From Candidatus Poribacteria bacterium (GTDB lineage: Bacteria > Poribacteria > WGA-4E > WGA-3G): 64,000 nt of DNA. Location: assembly GCA_963663765.2 (NCBI GenBank), contig CAXXUA010000015.1, positions 384,001 to 448,000 on the forward strand, read 5' to 3'. Position 1 is the first letter of the stretch. Each line of letters starts with the position of its first letter. The notes below the pieces were generated by a model. It did no database searches. It was not told where the DNA came from and was given only the letters and a program-made list of their open reading frames with translations. This document shows, piece after piece, positions 51,348-62,800 of this stretch. The position numbers and the translations under genes are program-made.

Positions 51348-51393
51348 ATCTGCAGACAGTGGACACTCTTGTCAATTATATACTGAAAAAACA

Positions 51394-52335
51394 ATGCACA
51401 ATCACGAAAATCATCACCATCATAACGAACCACATTCACATCATCATCAAACAGTATTGCAAAATAAGTTTAAAATTGCTGTTGTGGTGACATTTTGTAT
51501 TTTTGTCGGTGAAGTAATCGGTGGAATTTGGTCGGGCAGCCTTGCGTTGCTGAGTGATGCTGCTCATGTTTTTTCGGATGTACTCTCACTTATGATTAGT
51601 TGGTTCGCGATTTATTTATCAACACGTCCTGCGACGTCCTCTCGGACATTTGGTTATCATCGTACTGAAGTATTCGCTGCGTTACTGAACGGTATGACCC
51701 TCATCGGTGTCTCTTGCTGGATATTCTTCAAGGCTTATCACAGGTTCAATGCACCGGAACCGATTCAAGGTTATGGCATGCTTATTGTTGCGTGCCTTGG
51801 ATTTGCTGGGAACCTTTTTATACTTTGGAAACTACATGGTCATAGTCATGGCAACCTGAATGTCCGAAGTGCGGTACTTCATGTAGTTGGGGATACGTTG
51901 TCCTCAGTCGCTGTAATTTTCGGTGGATTGTTTATACTTTGGACAAGTTGGTATCCAATTGATGCACTCCTAAGTTTCCTAATCGGTGCGATAATTCTAA
52001 TCGGTGCGATCAACATTACAAGGGAAGCGGTACATATCTTGCTTGAGAATTCTCCGAAAAACACTGACGCAACTGTCGTTGCCAATCATATCACAGAATT
52101 AGAGACAGTCAAAGATGTTCATGATATGCATATATGGTCTCTATGTTCAAACTATAATGCATTAAGTGCTCATGTGGTAATTCACGAGAACAGTGTTCTT
52201 GCCCATGATCAAATACTCAAACAGATCAATTCCGAATTACAGAAGCATTTTGGCATTAGTCATACAACTCTTCAACTTGAGCATGTTGCATGTACCCATG
52301 CAGGTAATTTATTCTGCAATGCAAAACATACATAA
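51394..52335 (+). CDS. Cation diffusion facilitator (CzcD/ZitB-like)
   Basis: His-rich N-terminus, SLALLSDAAH, TFGYHR.E, NVRSAVLHV.GD, HDMHIW, HTTLQLE. Confidence 0.93.
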   Translation: MHNHENHHHHNEPHSHHHQTVLQNKFKIAVVVTFCIFVGEVIGGIWSGSLALLSDAAHVFSDVLSLMISWFAIYLSTRPATSSRTFGYHRTEVFAALLNGMTLIGVSCWIFFKAYHRFNAPEPIQGYGMLIVACLGFAGNLFILWKLHGHSHGNLNVRSAVLHVVGDTLSSVAVIFGGLFILWTSWYPIDALLSFLIGAIILIGAINITREAVHILLENSPKNTDATVVANHITELETVKDVHDMHIWSLCSNYNALSAHVVIHENSVLAHDQILKQINSELQKHFGISHTTLQLEHVACTHAGNLFCNAKHT

Positions 52336-52342
52336 CTTGTCT

Positions 52343-52921
52343 TTAACCGTGATCTTCCTTTATCCTGTGTGCTTTCCGTATTAAGGACGGATCCTTAGCA
52401 AATCTTTGGGTTGCTTGAACAAGACCATCCACATGTGAAACCATATCCTTTTCAACTTGTACAACACGTGTCATAAGATAGGGTTGATTGCTTTGCTGTA
52501 TTGCCTTTCTAATGACAGAGAGTAAGTACATATATACTGTATCCGCTTCACTACTTTCAATTGAGATGGCAATTTCAAATGCTTCATCTAATGTAATCCT
52601 TCCTCTTTGCAACTTTGCTTCATGTGCATCCAATCGGTCTGTGATCTGCTGAATGGAAATGTCAGGTATGAGTGGTATTGGTGAGTCTGTATTTTCAGTT
52701 TCATTGTTTGGGATTACAGCTTCCTTCCCAAATACATCAAAACACAAAGCACGTCCAAAATCAACAAGTATGTAGTGTTGCCATTCCTCAGTACTCATCC
52801 TCTCCCATAATTTTGCTATCCGTTCATCCACATCCCCTAAAGTTAATGAGAAGGAAGCATATAATCTGGCTTGTCTCAGTTCTATTTCTTTACATATTTC
52901 AAAGAGTTCTTCTAATGTCAA
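52343..52921 (-). CDS. Ferritin/rubrerythrin-like four-helix protein
   Basis: EIE...LY, EEWQH, AISIE..E, E....H. TTG start at 52921 with GAAGGAG RBS; the longer ORF overlaps the next gene. Confidence 0.65.
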   Translation of the reverse strand: MTLEELFEICKEIELRQARLYASFSLTLGDVDERIAKLWERMSTEEWQHYILVDFGRALCFDVFGKEAVIPNNETENTDSPIPLIPDISIQQITDRLDAHEAKLQRGRITLDEAFEIAISIESSEADTVYMYLLSVIRKAIQQSNQPYLMTRVVQVEKDMVSHVDGLVQATQRFAKDPSLIRKAHRIKEDHG

Positions 52922-52997
52922 TGTAACTCCTTCCTTTTTTAGTATCGTTAAAAAATAATAACTCATGTCAGTTGTTGCTGTTGTCAAAATCTCCATT

Positions 52998-54044
52998 CTA
53001 TCCATTCGCCATTTGAAGTGGCAAAGTAATCGCTGCGGCAGATGACATGCTACGTGAGACCGCTTCAGTAAATTCCATATATTTGACACCAGTGTCAAAA
53101 TCTGTATGTGTAATTGTCTCTTCACCACGGATAGCATTCACAAACTCTTCCTCAACCCTCCATCCACCTTCTTCATTCTTTGGGATTTCAATTTCCTTTA
53201 GTTTTTCATCGCTTCTTTGTCCACCAAATAGTCTATTTCCCGAAAATCGTAAAGTACCTTGACTACCGAAAAGAAACACTTCTGGTGCGCCTGCATGTCC
53301 TGTGATTGCAGAGATTTGCAAGTGCAATTGTGCTCCACAAACGAGTTCACCAACAACATCAATGTGTTCTGGTATGCGAACTGCACGTACCGTTCCGTTT
53401 TCGTCAGGACGCATTTTTACAAAAGTCTTCCCCATCGCCATCACACGTGTTGCTTCACCTACCCAACGCATCAATGCCTCATACCAGATACCCATGGACA
53501 TGATATTCATTCCACTAAAGTCATAGTTCTGTCGCCATTGAAGCGGTGCATCAGTGTCAATGAACGATCCCCCTGCTCTAACCTCAACAGCGAGTACATC
53601 TCCGATATATCCTTCAGCAATCAGCCGTTTGATGGTATTGTCAACCCGAAGTGTCATCGGTGAAGGGACAATCTGTGCAGCGAGTTTAGACTTTTGCCGT
53701 GCCATCATTCGCATTATATGTGCTTCTCGTGCGTTCATTGCCATCCTTGCTTCACACATCACATGTTTATTAACCATCAGCGCTGCAACTGTCGCACGAC
53801 AGTGCAAATAGGGCCAGGTACCAATCACAATAGCATTTGTTTCATTGTCACCGATTGCATCTTGCCAGTTGTCATAGATTTTAGAAATATTAAATTCGTC
53901 TGCGACGCGTTGGGAAGACTCTTGACTGCGATTACACACTCCGACAATCTCAACCCCTTCTATTGCTTGTAGTCCTGGAATGTGTCGTGACTTAGTGTTT
54001 CTACCTGCACCGATAATACCGACTCGGATTGTTTCTGATGCCAC
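52998..54044 (-). CDS. Gfo/Idh/MocA oxidoreductase
   Basis: VGIIGAG, VCNRS, GTWPYLH, HVMCEARMA. Confidence 0.9.
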   Translation of the reverse strand: MASETIRVGIIGAGRNTKSRHIPGLQAIEGVEIVGVCNRSQESSQRVADEFNISKIYDNWQDAIGDNETNAIVIGTWPYLHCRATVAALMVNKHVMCEARMAMNAREAHIMRMMARQKSKLAAQIVPSPMTLRVDNTIKRLIAEGYIGDVLAVEVRAGGSFIDTDAPLQWRQNYDFSGMNIMSMGIWYEALMRWVGEATRVMAMGKTFVKMRPDENGTVRAVRIPEHIDVVGELVCGAQLHLQISAITGHAGAPEVFLFGSQGTLRFSGNRLFGGQRSDEKLKEIEIPKNEEGGWRVEEEFVNAIRGEETITHTDFDTGVKYMEFTEAVSRSMSSAAAITLPLQMANG

Positions 54045-54187
54045 TACTATGCTCCTTACCGTATGTTTGTTAGTTCTAATTTTAATCTATCAAGATAGTG
54101 AGTTCTTGTCAAGTAGAAAAAATATAGGTGTGTAAAGTTTTTGACGGATAGAGTCACGGATTACGCGGATAAGAAGCTGCACGCCAG

Positions 54188-54676
54188 ATGAAAATAAACT
54201 TATTAATTCGGAAATTATTTTTTTCACCAACGATAGGCGGGGAATGCCATAAGGCATTCATACCGTTGATTTCTTGATTTGGTGCTTTGTAAGCGCGCCC
54301 CCGATTGTATGCGTTCTTTGTAAGCGCGCCATCCCCGCCCTCACCTGCAGGCATACCCCCACTGCAGGCGTGCTTTGTAAGCGCGCCATCCCCCCACTCA
54401 ACTGCAGGCACCCCCACTGCAGGCACCCCCACTGCAGGCACCCCCACTGCAGGCGTGCTTTGTAAGCGCGCCACCGATTGTAGGCGGGGAATGCCTAAAT
54501 GGCATTCATACCGTTGATTTGGTGCTTTGTAAGCGCGCCCCCGATTGTAGGCGTGCTTTGTAAGCGCGCCCCCAATGGTAGGCGTGCTTTGTAAGCGCGC
54601 TATTGGGACTTGATGTCCCAGCACGCCTACCAGGGTGGGTTAGATAGATCTCCTAATTAATTATTTTAATCTCCAT
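54188..54676. repeat. Mixed REP-A/REP-B array within the same carrier ends as 9692-10605
   Basis: Ends ATGAAAATAAACTTATTAATTCGG / CCTAATTAATTATTTTAATCTCCAT; several (G/T)CTTTGTAAGCGCGC units, two GGCGGGGAATGCC units, (ACTGCAGGCACCCCC)x3, loop TTGGGACTTGATGT. Confidence 0.8.
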
Positions 54677-54872
54677 ACAGTTTGTGCTACAATAACTTGT
54701 GAAAAGGACATTATACTAAGAATAAACGGTATCTGCAGGTCTATAATCCTATAGGTAGCAACTTGCGTTATTATATGTGATTTCTTTTGGGTTTTGTAGT
54801 TTTTTGGGTGTCTGTTTATTCGCATTTCCAATAGTTAAGCAATAGATTTCCAATGGGTTTTGGTTTGTAGTT

Positions 54873-55829
54873 TGGGAATTAGTCGTTTTGGGATTAAAAA
54901 TCACACCAGAAATTTATTAAGATGAATTCTATAATAGATCAACAAGGGACTATTTCCCAACAGAAGTTATTCAGAAATATTCAGATCGCCTAAAAACTCT
55001 AAACGAGTGTATAGAAATCCTAACGTTTACTCTTGAATAGTATAGAACGCATGGAATAGAAGAAGGATACGCCACATTAAGGCATCAAATCTTATTTCAA
55101 AATTACTGTCTCTTGAAACTTACACTTTCATTGACAGACTTTCAATGATGTCTCGGTCGAAATCCTTCTGACGTTTCCCCTGATGTAAGTTTCATCAGGG
55201 GAAACGATTCCTTCAAGTAACGATGAATTTTTCGCCATTTCTACACGTATCTTCATCATAATACACCAGGTAGCACGTTGCTGCAAACCTAAATCGCGTG
55301 CAAGTTGGCAACTTGATAAACTTTTCTTTGCATTTGCCATCAGCACATTCGCCAAAAACCACAACTGCAGCGGTATCTTTGTGTCTTGAAAGATTGTGCC
55401 ACTGGTCACTTTGAACGATGCACCACAATCCCCGCAGTGATAGCGTCCAATGCGTCCTGTGCCGCTCTCATTTTTGCGTTTCAGGTGTTTACCTTCACAC
55501 TTCGGACATCTGGACACATTTCCCCAAGGTATCTCTTCAAGACGCTCAATACACGCCCCTTGATTAGGGAATCGTTCCATTATTTTAATCAAATCCATCA
55601 GATACTCCTATTGATTTAGGAGTTGTTTTTTTCTGATGAATTCTGATACAATAATCAGATAAGTTGAACATTAGAGAAAACAACTCTTTTTTCTAGTTCA
55701 TTTAGGGGTTTGACAACCCCCTAATACTTATCAATATTGTATCTTATATTGTAATTAAAACAAGCCATAAATTCACTCTATGTATAGGCTTATAGCAGTC
55801 TTATTGAATCCCAAAACGACTAATTCCCA
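54873..55829. mobile_element. Defective IS1595-family element
   Basis: Perfect 23-bp TIR TGGGAATTAGTCGTTTTGGGATT / AATCCCAAAACGACTAATTCCCA enclosing a truncated transposase; no TSD seen. Confidence 0.85.
55128..55598 (-). pseudogene. Truncated IS1595-family transposase
   Basis: CPKC...C..C Zn ribbon, F.VT.GTIFQDTKIPL..W, SSCQLARDLG, DETYI.G, then a premature end. Confidence 0.85.
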
Positions 55830-56335
55830 TATAAAATATTATGCTTCAAATAACATCAATCAAAAGGAATGTCTTATGTAACACAAGTTTTAAAACAAAA
55901 AGGTATTTTGTGAATTGCGACCAAAAGATCGCTCTTAAGATAATCGTGGTGGGAGGTTGGAAAAGGCATGCTATTATCTTTTCTTGCGTAGTCTACGTCT
56001 TCTCACTTTACCCCGTTTAGGACGAGGTTGACACTGGTTCATTCATAAGTGTATCTGAATGTAACTGTATCTCTGTCATGTTCCCTGATTCGTCAATGTA
56101 ATGGTCTTGTAAACCTGCGGCAGCGAGGTTTTCCATTTAATCTATCAACTTGTCTTTAGACACTTCCATCATATTTTTTGATGTTACCGATAAAGTTATG
56201 TTCCGGTATTTTGAGTTCTTTTGATAAGAAAGAAATCTCTTTCTGGATACTCATTATGTTTACCTTTGTCGTGATAGCTCCCACAAAAGGGAAAAAATCA
56301 ATCAGAAATCAATGAATAAATTAACCATTTTCGGG

Positions 56336-56364
56336 TTGATATATTACACAAAATAGTATATAAT
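56336..56364 (+). promoter_or_regulatory. sigma70-type promoter before the IS701 remnant
   Basis: TTGATA-17 bp-TATAAT. Confidence 0.55.
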
Positions 56365-56379
56365 AAAGATATATCTACT

Positions 56380-56800
56380 ATGACTACATTTACACTTTCC
56401 GATAAGAAACAAAGATTATTGTCAGTTTTTGTTATCAAGTTTTACAAACTTTACACAAACCTATATGGCAGACCATACTGATAAGTGGAGTCACGATCAA
56501 CTCAATCGGTTTCTGAGCGTTAAAAGCATCCCCGCGAATGAACTTTGGAAATCGGTCAAAAACGACATTGAGTTTGATGATGGCTACATTAACCCTATGC
56601 GAAAGAGATTGAGACACACCGTTCTCAGTATGGCAAAACCAAAATAGACCATTTACTGGAAATGTTGCACAACGCTAACTCCAAAAAACAGCAATCGTTT
56701 CGGACGGTACTAACGGATACTTGGTATGCCTTCTTGCAAGTTATGAAAGCGATTGAAAAACTTTCTAAGATTTACTACGTGCCCTGAAATGAAATCGTCT
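56380..56800 (+). pseudogene. IS701-family transposase remnant (internal deletion and frameshifts)
   Basis: KDYCQFLLSSFTNFTQTYMADH...SHDQLNRFL...LWKSVK; then KTKIDHLLEML...TVLTDTWYA...KIYYVP. Confidence 0.7.
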
Positions 56801-56890
56801 TGTATCTGTAAAATGCGAAACAGGCATATAAAGACCGAAGAAATTATAGAAAATGTAAAATCGACCGTGGTTCGGTTCGGAGGATATTAA

Positions 56891-59800
56891 ATGTTCGGAC
56901 GAGAAAAAAGAATATTTGTGGTTTCTCTATTTTGTCTATTTGTTTTAACTCTCTATTTTACCCCAATTACCTTTGCACAAGATGTAACGAGCGATGAGCA
57001 AATCATTGAAAGATACAAGTTAATGTTGGTTCAAAAGCCAAAAGAAGGCAGCACATTTGACCGTGTTTACCAGTTTTACCTTGAAAATGCTGGGTTGGAG
57101 GCACTCGTCAGCGATTACCAAGCTGAAGTGCAAGCGAAACCGAAAGATGCTAATCTTCAACTTATCTTAGGGCATATATACAAACGCCTCGGCGAAGGGA
57201 CTGAAGCACTTGAAACGTATCAGCGCGCTGTTGAACTCGCACCCGATAAATATTACCCACATGTTGCGTTAGGAAAGATGTATGCTACGTTACGACAACA
57301 CGAGGCAGCAATCCAAGAGTTGACTAAGGCAACATCGTTGTCTGAACAAACACAGAATGTCCCACCTGAAGAATTAACAGCAATATATAAGGCACTTGGA
57401 AACGCCTATTTCAGTCGCGACAAAGTTGACCAAGCAATTCAAGCCTGGAAGCAGATATCAGAACTTGATCCGGACGACATTTTTGCGCGTATCGAACTCG
57501 CAGACCTATTCCGAGAACAGCAACTATTTGAACAGGCAATTGCTCAACATGAAGCGATCATTCAACTGAAAAAGGGTGAACCTTATCGTGTCTGTTTAAG
57601 CCGTAGGGAAATCGGTAATATCCACGAAGCGAAAGGTGATTTTGAGAAAGCGATCCAACATTATGACGAGGCACTCACGCTTACTGCGCCCGGTAACTGG
57701 CTACGTAAAGACCTACAACACCGCATCATCGGTATCTTTGCAGCTGATAGCAATTGGGAAGGACTAATTGAATACTATCAAGAGAAACTTGAAGCAACCC
57801 CAAATGAACCGGAACTTATCGGTTTATTGGCAGCTGCATACATTGAGAACCAACAACTTGAAGAAGGGATGAAAACTTATCGGAAAGGGTTAGAACTTGC
57901 ACCGACCAATTCAGCCCTGCGTCTTAACCTAATTGCTTCTCTTCGCAACGCAGAAAAATATGAGGAGGCAGCAGCGGAATACGAGGTACTCAGTGAACAG
58001 TCCCCTGATGATTTCGGAATCTACCGTGAACTCGGTGAGTTATACCTGCAAATTGGAAATCAAACTAAGGCTAAGGCTGTATATCAGAAAATGATTGAAC
58101 GGGACCCAAAAAACCCAAGTACACATCTCGTCCTTGCGGAGATTTACGCTGGACACGAATGGATTGAGGATGCTGTTGAGCAGTATGAAAAAGCGATTAC
58201 GCTTGCTCCAAAGAATCTTGATTTCATTGAGTATTTCGGTGATTTCTATTTCCGTCAAGGTGATCGTGAGAAAGCACTTGAAACTTGGAAGCGAATGGTT
58301 GCTGGAGAGTTGCACACTGCCCAGAATTATAACCAGTTAGCGGAACTATTCAATGCAAAGAAATTCAAGACTGAAGCAGTTGCTGCAACCCGCAAAGCGG
58401 TTGAGTTAATGCCGGATGAATACCGCTATCGTGAAGCATTGGCAAAACAGCTCATGGAGAACAATGAGTATGCGGATGCTCTTAAAGAATTCACGAAGGC
58501 AATGGAACTTGCTCCAAATGCGTTTTTCGCAGAAAAAATGGATGACAAGCGGATCGAACTCTTCCGTAGACAAGGGACACTCCTTGAAAAAATCGAAGAA
58601 TTGGAAACTAAACTTGAAAAAACAGGATTGGCTGAATCGGATGTATTCACATATCACAAGCAACTTGCCAAGATGTATCTTAAGTTAGGCAATGTTACTT
58701 ATGCACTTGAAGTACTTCTGAAAGCGAAAGAACAACGACCAGATGATATTGGTGTCAACCGTTGGCTTGCGGAAGTGTACTACAGACAAGGCAGGCGCGA
58801 TGATTCTAATGCTGTCTATATGTATCTGATTGAATTGGACAGCGCAAATGCTCGGGAATATCACGCAAACATTGCAAAGTCGTATCTAAATGTGATGGAC
58901 TTTGAGGCGGCGATAACTGCCGCAAAACAGGTCATTGCACACAGTCCGCGTAATCCCGAAGGACACCAATTGCTGGCACAAGTTGCGAAGCAATCCGGAG
59001 AATATGAGACCGCTATTGATAGTTTGAAACAAGCAGTGCGTTTGCGACCAGAAGCAATTGACATCCGCAGAGAATTGGCAGCGATTTATAAACTCTCAGG
59101 AAAACTGCAGCAATCCCTCTCCCAGTATTGGCGTTGTTGGGAATTGAGCGATAACATCAACGACAAACTTACTTTTGTCAAACCACTTTCTGAAGTCTAT
59201 TATGACCTTGGGAGACGCGGTGAATTTGAAGAAAGACTGAAGCAGATGGCGAAGTCAAGCACTGTTGGTATAAGCCCTGTTCTTGCTCTTGCCGAACTTC
59301 ACCGAATAGAGGGTGACCTGCCGAGTGCACGTTTCCAATTGGCACAAGCATTAAACAAGCAACGCGAAAATTCAGAACTATTGATACACCTTGTCCAGAT
59401 TAGCATGGAACTCGGTGACTTGCAAGACGCGCTGTCATATCAACAAAGACTGGTCAAAGTTGATCCGGATTATGCACATCAACGTAGACTTGGAGAGTTA
59501 CTGTTTGATGCTGGACGTGAACAGGAAGCGATTCAGGCATGGACTAAACTCCTCCATGCAAAAAACCAGACACTTGAAGCAGAAATTAAACTTGCTGGGT
59601 TGTTGCTGCGACACGGATTGTCTGAAGAGGCATTTATTGTGCTTGACCGCGCAGCTGAGAAAATCAGCGGTACTGATGCACATCTGCCGCTATATCGGTT
59701 AGGCGTGATGTTAGTGAGTATGAACGAACCGGAACGCGCACAGACATATTTCCACCGAATCCTTGAAATGTCCGAACCAATTGGGAAGACTTCAAATAAG

Positions 59801-62800
59801 AAGTCAGCACAACCTTCAATCTTTTATCACTCTTCCGTCCCTGGAATTGAACGTAACAAATTTAAGATATTACGCGGCAGCCTTGGGACTATTCAGAGCA
59901 GACCGAATTTTGCTGGTGCAAGTATGCCGTGGATGCCAAAAGATTTTGAGGAAGCACAATCCGGGGCACTTGTTCAATTGACAACAATCGCACAGAGCCA
60001 GGAGAAACTACCTGAACTCATCAAACATTTTGAAGACAAGACTGAAGCAAATCCTACGGATGTTAAGTCTATTGAAATCCTGGTGAAACTATATACTTTG
60101 GTTCAATTTGATGACAAAGCGAAGGCAGCTATTGGCAGATTAGTTGAAATTTCACCTAACGATTCTGCATACCAACCACTAAGATTGCATCGCACCATGG
60201 AAGAAAACCCTGATTATGAAACCTTGAAAAAATCACTCAAGGAAATGCCTGGGATAGATAACATATCACGACTTGCTTATATAGCAGAATATGCACAAAT
60301 ACTTTACCACAAGGACAAAAAAGAAGACGCAGCAAAGCTATTGAGTGAAATTGAAGATGTAACTGTGACCGATATTAACACAGGTTTTGAATTAATTGAC
60401 GCTTTTCGTCTAATTAAGAAGGTAGATATCGCAGAGCGGTTACTTACTAATTTACCTGTTCCTCCCCAAAAGCAACAATATCAATTTATGCGAAAGTTCG
60501 AAAGTCTCACAGATGATTACATTGAAAAAGACAAACTGGAGAAGGCAACTGCACTCTTCTGGACTTATTGTGAACGGACAAAACCCACAAAGATTAATCC
60601 ACGACGGGTGGCTGCACTGGCACAAGCATCCTATTCTTATGGTGGGTATAGACCGATTCAGACCAGTTATCCGGCTCCAACAGCATATTTCAATAGTGAT
60701 CGCTTAGGCTATCTACAATCTATCTTCCGAGATTTTTGGATGCGGGATCAACAGCAGTTGTTACTTACTAAATTTGAAACTGAATTTGAAACCACAGAAG
60801 GTAGAAATAAGATTTTCCCCGCTTTGGCTCTTAGTTATTGCTATTGGTGGGATGAAAAACGAGATGAAGCACAACAGGTCCTAACAGTCCTACAACAGGA
60901 ATTTCCTGATGATCTTACTCTGAAACTCAACACTGCTCTTGCTTCCATTCAGACAGGGAAGCATAAGGTAGCAACAGAGCTGCTTGAAAACCTTGTTGCA
61001 ACTGAACCCCGAAATCGGAAGCAATACCAAGACCTATTGCTGCAACTTGCCATTCATACAGGCGATACCATTGCTATACGTGAATTGATGTCAAAACTGT
61101 TGAGTTCACCAACAGGTGCAACAGAACTTTATCAATACTCACAGAAACTCCGGGACGCAGGTTTCACCCAGTATGCTATCGCTGCAGCGAAAAAAGCGAT
61201 GGCATTGGCGATGGTGCAACGTAACCCAAATTTCCTTATACAACTGGGACAACATCTGGGTAATCTCGGTAGAGGGCAGGATGCTTCACTTCTCGCTGAA
61301 CGCGCACTCCGTTTCGCAAGCCGACCAGACCGCCAAGGACGCATGATGTATTCCTGGAATTTTCAGCAAGCCACAAACCTCGCAAACCGATCAAATAGTA
61401 TAAAAGAACGGGAAAATAAGTTTATCGCGGATGCCGAGAAAAATCCTGATTCATTCCAAGCACAACTCAGATTAGCAATGTACTATGAGGGGACAAACAA
61501 GATTAGTAAAGCCGCGGAAGCGTTTAAGGCTGCACTGAAATTACAGCCTAAAGACGATATGGTGAGATTACGATATATCCAGATGATGGAACGAAATGGG
61601 AAGGCTGTTGATGTCATACCGGAATATCTCACACTTCTTAAAAACGACTCAAGTGCACTCGGATACAATTACGAAAAAGCAGTTGATGCTTTCGTTGCAG
61701 CAGAGAAATTTGATGCATTAATATCGCTCATGAAAGACATGATTGATCCTGTCGGAAAATACGCTGGCAGCGAATTAACCGCAATTGTCGGTCGACGGTG
61801 TCTCAAAGAAGAAAAGGTTGATGACGCAATTGAGATTTTCAAGAAGATTATCAAGGTTCATCCCAGTTGGTATTATATACATCAAGACTTAGCTAACGCA
61901 TACATTGCAGCAGGTGATATAGAAAAAGCAGTACAATACTTAACTGATATGCATGAACTTGAAAAAACATCATTAACGCAATCACAGTTTGTATTGAAAA
62001 TTGCAAAGTATTATGAAGAAGCAGATGAACGTGAAAAAGCAATCCAATATATACGTGAACAACTCGGTTCAGAGGATTCCTCTAATTCTGATATTGCTTA
62101 TGTATTGAAACTCGCAGAACTCTATCAAAAAGATGAAAAGTTGGATAGTTTTATTGCGGAATATGATGCAAAACTTGCAGATTCTCCTGAAGATACTCAG
62201 CTGCTATATCTTACTGCAACTTTAAAACTAAAGGCAGAAGATACTGAAGGCGCAAGCACTCATGTCAATCAGCTTATTGATACATCGTTGGAGACTATTC
62301 AAACACAATGGCTCTATAACCTTGCTCAAGCATCCGAAGAAGCCAGAAGTTATAAACTCCAATTTCACATACTGGAAGCAGCAGCTGAAAAACTTGAACG
62401 AGAGAACTCTTGGAAACTTGAAGCATGTTACAAGAAACTCGGAGAGGCTTATGCAAAGAGAGATGAGTTAGAAAAAGCTCAGAACGCATTTCGTAAGATG
62501 GGTGCTCTCCAGACAATGCAAGGCAATCAAAGAAGTGTATATGAGAAAAGAAATCTTGGCGCAACCTATATGAAACATAAAATGTGGGATGATGCTGAGG
62601 CTCTCTTTACAGAGATTGTCAACGACCTTGCAACCTCATCGTATGATCGTGATTATTCACAGGGTCGGGTGATGCAAATTAAGCAACAGCGCGGTGAATT
62701 CAATACATCGGAACAGATTACTGAAAACTTACAGGAAATGGGTGTAGGCATGCGGCGCGCTATGGCAAAAGAATTCGCTCAGCGGAATCAGATTGGCAAA

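Noticed and set aside
54154-54624. 156-aa ORF and overlapping + strand ORFs
   Set aside because: Read through the REP array; not credible genes.
55980-56172. Possible minus-strand gene fragment (MMEVSKDKLID*MENLAAAGLQDHY...)
   Set aside because: Multiple stops and no recognisable family; too weak to call.
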